This document shows positions 1 through 10,320 of a DNA stretch of 35,310 bases, piece after piece. Origin of the DNA: Octopus bimaculoides (taxonomy: Eukaryota); assembly GCF_001194135.2 (NCBI RefSeq), contig NC_068994.1, positions 12,460,840-12,496,149 on the forward strand. The letters are read 5' to 3'. A model generated the notes under the pieces. The model made no database searches, had not been told where the DNA came from, and saw only the letters and a program-made list of their open reading frames with translations. Both the position numbers and the translations under genes were made by a program. Each line of letters begins with the position of its first letter. Within the stretch, counting starts at the first letter, position 1.

Positions 1-157
1 CTAACGCCAACCACTCCGAGAGTGTAGTGGGTTGCTTTTACGTGCCACCGGCACGAAGGCCAGTCAGGCGGTACTGGCAACATCCATGCTCAAAATGGTG
101 TTTTTTTACATGCCACCTGCACACGAGCCAGTCCAGCGGCACTGGCAATGACCTCGC

Positions 158-209
<52 letters not shown>

Positions 210-609
210 CACATACACACACACATATACTGTATCCATCTAACTACTGTTCCCACTCCTAAAAATGCTAGGTTGTGTGTGTGTGTGAGTGATGGACTCT
301 CTTGTTGAAGATGATGTATGAACATTCAGCTCTTTGCTGGATGACCTGCACAAATGACTTATTTATAGTGGTCAAATATTCGTGTTGCACATTAGCTTTA
401 TTGAATCAACAATGCTTGAACAGATGCATGGTGTACCATGCGTCCAGTGTCAAAGTGATTGCAGAGCAGCATGAGATGAAGTGTTTTGTTCAAGAACACA
501 ATGCACTACCTGGTCTAGGGACTGAAACCACAATCCTGTGATCATGAGTGCAACACCCTAACCACTAGGCCATGCATCCAAAACACACACACACACACAC
601 ACACACACA

Positions 610-1340
610 GAGGGTGGCCATAAAGTCGTGCTTCATCCTGCAATATGTGAAATTGCTAACATTCTCTTTATTTTTATCTCTTTTCACAACTGCCGATATT
701 GCTCACAAACCAATCCTCATTGGATGGAGGTGGATAATTAACAAGGTGAGGGGGGGGGGGCAAAGTAATGGTGTGGTGTGGGATTTGGCACAATCAAGTA
801 ATTGGACCATTTTATTTTGAGAGCACTGTGATAGATGATTTGTATTTGGACATGCTTAGCAACAAGATGATGCCTCACGTGCATTCACTTGGAAGGGGAA
901 ATCCTGTCTGGTTTCACCAGGATGGGGTTCTACCCCCATTATGCATTACAGGTCTGTCATTTTCTGAATGAACATTTTCCAGGGAGATGGCTCAGGTGTC
1001 GCAAGCCAGTTGAATGGGCACCACAGTCACCAGATTTAACTCCCATGAACTTTTTTCTTCTGGAGCTTCATTAAATTCCTTGTCATCATCATCATCAATT
1101 AGCGTCTATTTTCCATGCTGGCATCGGTTGGACTCTTACGTATCCTGAAAAGATACATGACCAAGGACATCTTCAAAGAATTGTTGAAGCATGTGAACAA
1201 GTCAACAGCAATGAAAAGCTATTTGAGAGGGTTCATCACAATTTCAAAATGCGAATGAACATTTGTAACGGATTACCTACTTCATAACTGGTAAAGCATA
1301 CTTGATATCTCTCATGGTGTGTGATTTTGTGGCCACCCTG
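610..1340 (+). mobile_element. Tc1/mariner DD41D (rosa/Visitor-type) internally deleted transposon
   Basis: TIRs agggtggccataaagtc and gattttgtggccaccctg. Transposase remnant VWCGIWHNQVIGPFYF...WFHQDG-HYALQVCHFLNEHFPGRW...WAPQSPDLTPMNFF, with 41 residues between the 2nd D and the (mutated) 3rd D after correcting one frameshift. Confidence 0.8.
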
Positions 1341-1361
1341 TCTATATACATATATAGACAG

Positions 1362-1680
1362 GGTGCATGGCACAGTAGTTGGAGTGTTGGGCTTTAGGCC
1401 AGGTTGTGTGTTGTGTTCTTGAGCAAGACACTTTATTTCACGTTACTCCAGTTCACTCAGCTGTAGAAATGAGTTGCGTTATCACTGGTGCCAAGGTGTG
1501 TCAGCCTTTACCTTTCTCTTGGATAACATTGGCGGTGTGGAGAGGGGAATATGGTATGCATGGGTGACTGCTGGTCTTCCATAAAACAACTTTGCCTGGA
1601 CTTGTGCCTCGAAGGGGAACTTTCTAGGTGCAATCCCATGATCATTCATGACTGAAGGGCGTCTCTTACCCTTTACCCTT
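1362..1680 (+). mobile_element. tRNA-derived SINE family with cttgagcaagacactttatttcac core; copies also at 420-570(-), 5075-5352(-), 10722-10985(+), 30935-31260(+)
   Basis: Multiple near-identical dispersed copies in the window, ending ...gaagggggcctttacccttt-(TA)n. Confidence 0.8.
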
Positions 1681-1732
1681 TCATATAATATGTATGTGCA
1701 TGTGTGTGTATAATTATGATATATAGTTATGA

Positions 1733-1782
<50 letters not shown>

Positions 1783-2299
1783 GTTATGGTAATTATGGTG
1801 TGACAGTGTGGTAAGAAGTTCGTTTTCCAACCACATCATTCTGGGTTCAGTCTCACTGCATTGATAACTTGAGCAAGTGTCAAAGACTTGTGAGTGGATT
1901 TGATAGATGGAAACTGAAAGAAGCCTGTTGTGTATATATATATACGTGTGTGTGTTTGTATTATTGTCTTTACCTTGATAGTGCGTGATAGTTGTCAACA
2001 AGAGTCACTGTCGTGTCAGCAGTGTCATTTACTTCAGACTTTCTGTGAAAACATGTCTGGCCATGGGGAAAATATTACCATCCTTGGAAACAGGTGAAGG
2101 TTGGTGACAGGAAAGGCATTTGGCTGTAGAAAATCTGCCTCAACAAATTCTGTCAGACCCACACATGGAAATCTATGTATGCATGTGCTTATACATATAT
2201 ATAAATATATATATATATGTGTGTGTATATCATCCATAAACATAAACCTGAAAAAGAAGCACACTCTAAGTTATAGAGCAGTATATATTAAAGTTAAAT

Positions 2300-2560
2300 A
2301 AGGCCAGTTTATGGAATTACCTTGTGTTTCATGTCCATAAAGGGCTTGACCCAATGGTGTATCATCAGATTCCAAAATGTGTTGGCTAAAGGTTTCTCTA
2401 GTGAGTCTTTTTTTTTTTCTAGCAGCATTCGAGTGTACAGCTCATTGGATGGTGTGGGTATATTTTTAGTGGAGTAGCTGAGGTCAAAACATTCCATACT
2501 CATGAGAGAGCAAGTGGTTTCCATAAATAGAAAGGCCTTCAGCCAACAGGTTTTGGGATC
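2300..2560 (-). mobile_element. Penelope-like element ORF N-terminal fragment
   Basis: ORF 2309-2524 contains SYSTKNIPTPSNELYTRMLLEK, the YSxKNIPxP...Y...LLEK N-terminal motif of Penelope-like ORFs. The same motif occurs at 15508-15600. Confidence 0.65.
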
Positions 2561-2675
2561 TCATGATATGCCATAATGCTAAACCCTTTATCGATGTGAA
2601 ACCTAAAGTAATCCCATAAACCTATCTAATATCATAAGGGTAATCCTATAAACCTATATATATATATATATATAT

Positions 2676-3210
2676 CATCATCATCATCGTTTAATGTCCG
2701 CTTTCCATGCTAGCATGGGTTGGACGATTTGACTGAGGACTGGCAAACCAGATGGCTACACCAGGCTCCAATCTGATCTGGCAGAGTTTCTACAGCTGGA
2801 TGCCCTTCCTAACGCCAACCACTCTGAGAGTGTAGTGGGTGCTTTTACGTGCTACTGGCACGAGGGTCAGTCTTGCAGTACTGGCAATGGCCATGCTCAA
2901 ATGGTGTTTTTTACGTGCCACCTGCACAGGAGCCAGTCCAGCGGCACTGGCAACAACCTCACACAAATGTTTTTTTTTTTCACATGCCAGTAAGGCGACG
3001 CTGGTAACAATCACGCTCAAATGGTGCTTTTTATGTGCCACCAGCACGGAAGCCAGACAGCTGCTCTGGCAATGATCACGCTCGGACGGTGCTATTAGCG
3101 CTCCACTGGCACGGGTGCTAGTCATCGAATTTGGTTCGATTTCGATTTCACTTGCCTCAACAGGTCTTCACAAGCAGAGTTTAGTGCCCAATGAAGGAAA
3201 TGTACGCATA
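2676..3210 (-). mobile_element. RTE 3'UTR-derived repeat (or SINE sharing the RTE tail); other copies at 1-160, 2050-2180, 4455-4620, 18880-19195, 20828-20970, 26450-26610, 27240-27337
   Basis: (CAT)n-gtttaatgtccgctttccatgctagcatgggttggacg...gatgcccttcctaacgccaacc, with internal repeats of tcaaatggtgttttttacgtgccacc. Confidence 0.75.
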
Positions 3211-3964
3211 NNNNNNNNNNNNNNNNNNNNNNNNNNNNNNNNNNNNNNNNNNNNNNNNNNNNNNNNNNNNNNNNNNNNNNNNNNNNNNNNNNNNNNNNNN
3301 NNNNNNNNNNNNNNNNNNNNNNNNNNNNNNNNNNNNNNNNNNNNNNNNNNNNNNNNNNNNNNNNNNNNNNNNNNNNNNNNNNNNNNNNNNNNNNNNNNNN
3401 NNNNNNNNNNNNNNNNNNNNNNNNNNNNNNNNNNNNNNNNNNNNNNNNNNNNNNNNNNNNNNNNNNNNNNNNNNNNNNNNNNNNNNNNNNNNNNNNNNNN
3501 NNNNNNNNNNNNNNNNNNNNNNNNNNNNNNNNNNNNNNNNNNNATTCTATCAGACCTTTTGCCGAACTGCTAAGTTGCAAGGATGTAAACACGCCAACAC
3601 CGGTTGTCAAGCAGTAGTGGGGGACAAACACTAACACAAACGTGCACATGCACACACATACGACAGGCTTCTTTCAGTTTCCGTCTACCAAATCCACTCA
3701 GGCTTTGGTTGGCACGAGGCTATAGTAGAAGATACTTGCCCAAGGGGCCACACTGTGGGACTGAACTCGGAACCATGTGGTTGGAAAACAAGCTTCTTAC
3801 CACATAGCCACGCCCGTACCTATATAATATATATACACATACACGTGTGTGAGTTTGTGCGTCCCTGTATGCTCCAGGTTGTACAAGTCTCAATACTATG
3901 ACACAACATCTGCACTACAGCTGCAACATTACTACAGCTATTATAATTGCTAAGACCCAAATGG

Positions 3965-3999
<35 letters not shown>

Positions 4000-4668
4000 T
4001 ATAGCTATAACATTATCTGCACTGAAATGTGGTACGCACATAGAGAGCAGTGTGTTTGTGTGTGAGTAGATGTGTTTTTACGCATGTACTTTTCTTCTCT
4101 CTATCTATATATGAGTACAAAATTTCAGTCTGTATACACACACACATATGCATGAATGTAGACATACATGCACAAACACATACGCATAGACACGTTCATG
4201 CACACACAAAAACACGTGCGCACACACACACACATGCCACACACTGAAATGTTCTACTAGTAAATATGTGTATGATTACATACGTATTATGCATTTGTGT
4301 ATCTGTATCTATCTATCTATCTATCTATNNNNNNNNNNATATATATGTATGTATTAATGTATATCTCAGTATATACACACACATACACCGACACATACAT
4401 AAGAAAGACAGACAGATAAATGTAATACCAATACCTTCATAGAGTGCATATATGTCATCATCATCATTTAGCTTCTGCATTTCATGCTGGCATGGGTTAG
4501 TCAGTCTGACAGGATTCGACAGGTCAGAGGACTACATTGACCTTTTATATCTGGTTTTTTTTTGGTGGGGGCATTGTTTCTACAGCTGGGTAGCTCCCTA
4601 ACTCCAACCACTTTACAAAGGCTACAGGATATAGTCATAAAAAACTTGGGCCCTGTAGCCCTACATTG

Positions 4669-6246
4669 TTTTTTTTTCTTTCTTTCTTTCTTTTTGTGCT
4701 TTTGCTTTTGAGATGTAAATTTTAACCTAATATGGCACAATCCTCAATACCAGGTTTCATTTTCTACCAAGCCACCAGGATTATATCATCACAGAATAAA
4801 TTATCAGGATTCATCATGAATGAAAATGGTTAAACTATAAGGAAAGGCTGGGAACCATCAAAAAAGCCTAAGCAGTTGCATACAACAGAATTTGCTGAAG
4901 GCAGTTGACACATTCTCAAAAAATAAACCAGATGTTAAATGGTGATTTTGCTTTCCTTGTTGAAATAGTCTTCTGGGTGTGCAAATGATGAGATGAGCCC
5001 ATTATACTACAAAATGAAAAAGGATAAAGATCCTCTTTGGTCTTATCATAATTATATATACACACATATATATTATATGAAAGGGTAAAGGCCCCCTTCG
5101 GTCATGACTGACCATGGGATTGCACCTAGAAAGTTACCCTCCGAGGCATAAGTCTGGGCAAGGTTGTTTACGGAAGACCAGCAGTTGCCCATGCATACCA
5201 GTCTCCCCTCTCCACACCACTGATGTTATCCAAGGGAAAGGCAAAGGGGCCGATAAAGCTTGGCACCTGTGATGTCGCAACTCATTTCTACAGCTGAGTG
5301 AACTGGAGCAACGTGAAATAAAGTGTCTTGCTCAAGAACACAACACACAGCCTGGTCCCAAATCAGTACACAAGATGGTAATTGTTCCAGGAGGTAAAGA
5401 AACCTCAAGGAGAATAAAGAACAAGAAGGATTGATTTTAAGAATGTTCAGTATCAAGACATGAGCAATTGATTTCTTTCAAATTGTCAAAGATCAAATGA
5501 CCTCCTACACCAATGTCAATGGAAGCAAAATTGTCATCCAACAGGACCATAGCAGCAGCAACTTTGCTCACATCACTGCCAGCAATTTCCATTGCAACTT
5601 CAATACCAGCTTTCATCAAAACTGGAGAATCTCTTATACCATCCTCTGTGACTACATGCACACATGCATCAGCCTGCAGCCTCCCACTTCATAACTATCC
5701 ATTACATGTGCTGGTACAGACATATCCTGTCTCCCTCTAAATCATCCTACCAGTGCTTTACTCTCATTCAACATAGCAGCTGTGGGCTGGAAGAGGCCTC
5801 ATGGCAGGCCCCACAGCAGATGGGTAGACATGATTGGAGAAGTTCTCCAGAGACTCAGACACCTTGGAGGATGCAGAGGGGCTGGTGCAGAACTGCCAGT
5901 GATTGGGAGCACTGGTGGACCTGGTCAGCTCTACGCATGATGATGCCTCTGGGACCACTAATTTGGAATGATCCCAGCCTCATCAAGCAAGAGCATGAAG
6001 CCAAACCTGTGACTGCCACAATTTGACCCTGATGCTGGCTGCCTTCTACAATGATAGCTTCTGTTGTGGGGAGGTATAGGCAAAAACAATTTCAAAATAG
6101 TTGTGGAGGCTTTGGTCAATTTGAGCCAAAGTCATGTCTCTCAGGTCTCTTCCATGGACAACAGATGGTTTTGCATCTCTTGGATTAACTTGATCCACAG
6201 GAACCCCTTGCTTTGCCACAAAATCATCCACTGTTTTGCTGACTAC
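4669..6246 (-). pseudogene. ATP1A: Processed, 5'-truncated pseudogene of Na+/K+-ATPase alpha subunit (C-terminal part), in three segments
   Basis: 6246-6007: [40 protein letters not shown]...[28 protein letters not shown]. 5655-5357: [42 protein letters not shown]...IFDNLK...LPPGTITILCTDLG. ~5040-4744: WAHLIICTPRRLFQQG..NHHLTSGLFFE...WFPAFPYSL..IHDE..FIL..NPGGLVENETWY*. No introns, many stops and frameshifts, A-rich tail at 4669-4709. Confidence 0.93.
5656..6006 (+). mobile_element. 5'-truncated LINE (RTE-like ORF2 C-terminus) inserted in the ATPase retrocopy
   Basis: Plus-strand translation with frameshifts: [77 protein letters not shown]. Flanked by ctgtgactac (5646-5655) and ctgtgactgc (6007-6016). 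Confidence 0.8.
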
Positions 6247-8102
6247 TTTACAGGGTGGATGCTTTTTTGTGGCACTGCCACTGGTGAGAGCACCAAATAT
6301 CTTGCAAGACTTAAAGAATTTTCAACCGAATGTATCAACCCCAGTACTTATATTTTCAAAATCCCTGTACTTATTCTATCAATTTCTTTTACTGAACTAC
6401 TTACAAAGTTACAGAGGTGTAAATACCAGTACTGGTTGTCAAGCAGTGGTGGTGGGAGAAAATGGGCTTCTTTCAGTTTCCATCTGTCAAATCCATTCAC
6501 AAGCCTTTAGTTGGTCTGGGGCAATAGTACAATACACTTGCCCAAGGTGCATGCAGTCATATATATTATTGTTATTGAGTGAAAGAGCAGTGCATGCCAT
6601 CAAAGTCACACTGGAGTACAAATATATGAAACCCAATATACCTGTCATGACCACTTGTCTGATAAGGGTACACCAGGCACATGCATCACAACCATATGTG
6701 CGTGACATGGTGATCTCATATCAAGAGAAACAGTACATGACCTTGCAGGTGGGACCCAGTTAGAATTTTCTTTAAGTCGAGTAGCCCATCCTGCTCAAAA
6801 GGTTGCTGAATAAGGCTAGTTTAAGGATGTTGAATGAAACACCCATGTTTCCAGAGGTGAATTATTCAAACCCTAAAGAATTCCTCTCAACACATGGCTA
6901 TGATGCTCCCCCACTACATCTGCTTGTGATCAGAGATGCACATATCGTCAACCATTAAGGGACATGCTCAACTGGTTACGGTCAAACAATTGACAAGCAA
7001 ATCTGTGGTAATGAGCAGAATATTTGCTGTAGCCCATCTTTTATACCAAGACAAAACAATGTACATGATAACACTTCCAATCAATTAAGGTCAGAAGCCA
7101 TGAGTGCCACTGCTTGGTATTGCATCAGGGCATTTATTATTATTATTATTATTATTATTTAAAACAGTTTGATTCAACCTCATGTGACTTTAAATTTTGT
7201 AGGCTTCTTGCAGAAACCTAGCTAGTTGAATTCAGTTAACTGATTGGGGAGATATAGTAAGTGCAAGATGGCTACCAGAAACTGGGCTGCCATTGGTCAA
7301 GTTGTGTCATGTGGTGTTATTAGAAGTGAGATTAGTATTTCAGCAACACCAGATGATTTAAAAAGGAGAGTTTCTTGGACTGTGTGGCTGAACAAGAAGC
7401 TGGTGGTACTTTTCTGTCTGGCTCGTCTCTGAAGGAACTTATGGACAAGGATGTGTGTGTGCATATACCAGATGTATGAGTGCATAGATGTGTGTGTCTG
7501 ATGCCTATGTGTGTGTATCTGCTTTCTGATGGTTGCGCGCGTGTGTAACCTGGTGTTTGGGTGAGAGCTGATGGCATCAGTTCTGTGCATATGTATGTAT
7601 TTGCAAGGGTATGTGTGTATATAGGGGTGCATCTGCATATCAGCCATACATGAGCACTCATCCGTGACTGTTGCCTGCTCGGTGTCCCTTTAATCTACAC
7701 ACTGATGTGATAATAAGTAGTCAATTTATTGATCTTTAAAGAAGGGAACATATTAATTCTGATGTGGGCAACCTTTGCTTTTCAACGTCAGGATCTGCTG
7801 TGGTATTTATCCCTTTTCTCTAAAAGCATTTACCAGAGAAGGTGAGTAATGGTACCCACTAGGAATTCATCCTTGAATTCACCTGCTCAGTTCAACAGGA
7901 GCTTCCAAGCCAAGCTACTGAGCTCACGCGCACACACACACACACACACACACCTGGCACGTGTGTGTGTGTGTGCATGCATGCATAGAGAGAGAGAGAG
8001 AGAGGGAGGTAAAGTGAAAGGTATGCAGATATGAATAAATATATTGTATTTTGTGTATGCACATGCATATATTACTCTGTATGTATATTAGTGTGTCTGT
8101 TA

Positions 8103-8181
<79 letters not shown>

Positions 8182-8539
8182 TTTTACATGGGAATGGTGG
8201 ACAATGACTTCACAGTTTAATGAAGGTATGGATGCAGAAGCTTCGAAGTCACTGTGAACCTTTTCATTGTTGAAGTTTAATACATATATACTCTACTGCA
8301 AAGTATTGAGTAATCCTTCAGCTTAACCTTAAATGTTTTTTTATATACAACTCAACATACAAGCAAGCATCAAACAAACACACACACACACACACATATA
8401 TTGTATGTCTTGTGTGTACAGTTGGCTGTACGACTACTGCTAGTGAGTTTAGAGCTCTGAGTTGTGTATCATCCAGTCGGCTTTACATATAGAGGTATGG
8501 TTACTACTGTACGTGGCTGTATTACTGGTTATGATATAT

Positions 8540-9020
8540 ACAGCAAAATGTAATACATATATGCACACACACACATATACATATACATATATTTATTTAT
8601 ACACACATGTATACATGTTTATATATATGCATACATACATATATTTTTTATAGATACACACATATATATACACACACACACACACATACATATCCGTATA
8701 TTTATTTATACATACATGTACATATACATGTTTATATATATGCATACATACATATATTTATTTATACACACATGTACATATACATGTTTATATATATGCA
8801 TACATACATATATTTATTTATACACACATGTACGTATACATGTTCATATATATATGCATGCATACATATTTTTTTATACATACACACATATATATATATA
8901 CACACACACATATATATACACATACATATATACACACACACACACATATATATATATATGTATATATATAAATATATACACACTCATATTTATATATATA
9001 TATATATACACATGTATATA
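8540..9020. repeat. Compound (TA)/(CA) microsatellite with a ~56-bp higher-order unit
   Basis: Unit tatttatttatacacacatgtacatatacatgtttatatatatgcatacatacata repeated about 3-4 times within 8590-8870. Confidence 0.8.
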
Positions 9021-9121
9021 GACACAGGTGTGTGTACATGTAAAGGCCACTCACCCCACACCCCCATACCATCATTCACCACCGCCAGCATCTTCATCAC
9101 TATCTCACTTTCTCATTGCAG

Positions 9122-9244
9122 CCAGATGAAGGCAGTCAGTCCCAACAAGAAATTACCAGTGCAGCTAACCCCACTTGCAATGTTGCAGTCGCAACAACAA
9201 ACCAGGATATGTACAAGCAGTTGGCTGGCGACTATGCCGCTGTG
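9122..9244 (+). CDS. RTEL1: RTEL1 internal exon (linker plus start of harmonin-N-like domain helix 1), phase 0-0
   Basis: Acceptor ttctcattgcag|, donor GTG|gtaact, 123 nt. Encodes PDEGSQSQQEITSAANPTCNVAVATTNQDMYKQLAGDYAAV and joins in frame to VRNTL of the next exon, paralleling human RTEL1 AQLFMVA-VKQEL. Confidence 0.7.
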
Positions 9245-9479
9245 GTAACTATATTGCAGTAGCAGCATCAATAGTAGTAGTAGTGGTACTACCACTACTA
9301 CTACAAATTACAACTGCTGCTCCTTCTATTACTACAACTGTACTTTCTATATTTCAATGGTAACTGTGTCATAGATCAAAGTGGGAGTCTACTCTATGTC
9401 GCTATAGTGGTTGTTTCAGTGTTGTATTGCTATGGTAACTCTTATAGTAAGGGGTCTTCTATATATCACTATGGTAACT

Positions 9480-9860
9480 ATATTGTAGCAGCTATAACAG
9501 CAGCAACAGCTGTAGTAATAGTAGTAGTAGCAGCAGCAGCAATAGTAGCAGCAGCAGTAGTAGTGGTGGTAGTAGTAGTAGTAGTAGTAGCAGCAGCAGC
9601 AGCAATAGTAGCAGCAGCAGTAGTAGTGGTACTAGTAGTAGTAGTAGTAGCAGCAGCAATAGTAGCAGCAGCAGTAGTAGTGGTACTAGTAGTAGTAGCA
9701 GCAGTAGTAGCAGCAGTAGTAGTTGTAGTAGTAGCAGCAGCAATAGTAGTAGTGGTAGTAGTAGCAGCAGCAGCAGTAGTAGCTGTAGTAGTAGTGGTAG
9801 TAGTAGCAGCAGTAGTATAAGTAGTAGTAGCAGCAGCAACAGTAGTAGCTGTAGTAGTAC
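9480..9860. repeat. Compound (GTA)n/(GCA)n trinucleotide array
   Basis: Direct reading: alternating runs of gta and gca triplets. Confidence 0.95.
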
Positions 9861-10080
9861 TAATATGTATTACCATGGTAACTAAATTTTTAAGGTCTAT
9901 GGCACTAATTCTATTGTAGTACAATGTGCTTGTGTGTATACTATCATAGTTGTAAGTATTATGGTGGTGGTGGTGGCTGTAGTGAGTTCTCCATCTCTAT
10001 AATGATTTTGTAGTAATATTAGTGGTCACCTCTGCCATTATTATTATAGGGTATATACGTGAGCGTTTGTATATATGTGG

Positions 10081-10320
10081 TGGAGGGTGCTGAAAAGTTC
10101 CTGGCTTTAAGGGTATAATGAAATGCCTGTTTGGCGGCTCGACCCCCCCCCCCCCCNNNNNNNNNNNNNNNNGTGTTCTTTTACAGGGCTTAGAAAAACT
10201 GAAGAACTGCTGCAATAAGTGTGTGAATCTGAGAAGGGAATGCGTTGAATAAAACCATAATTAACTGATTCTCCTGTATTTTCTTTTACGCAAAGCTAGG
10301 AACTTTTCAGCACCTCCTCA
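10081..10320 (+). mobile_element. Mariner-derived MITE copy 1
   Basis: TIRs gagggtgctgaaaagttcctggcttt and aaagctaggaacttttcagcacctcctc-TA. Retains the transposase tip LQGLEKLKNCCNKCVNLRRECVE*. Confidence 0.8.

Noticed and set aside
4744-6246. A functional Na+/K+-ATPase paralogue with introns
   Set aside because: Multiple in-frame stops, frameshifts, a damaged TGDGVND motif, no N-terminal half, and the apparent introns are a SINE and a LINE fragment.
7366-7452. Frame ESFLDCVAEQEAGGTFLSGSSLKELMDKD, vaguely like the RTEL1 linker (LLAALEHSE)
   Set aside because: An in-frame stop lies just upstream, the only available acceptor (tttaaaaag) lacks a pyrimidine tract, and there is no good donor.
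8607-9075. Y/I/H/T-rich ORFs here and at other (TA)/(CA) tracts
   Set aside because: Microsatellite translation artefacts.
9407-9924. Poly-V/A, poly-T/A (mucin-like) and poly-L ORFs
   Set aside because: Translations of the GTA/GCA array in different frames, with no splice context or unique sequence.
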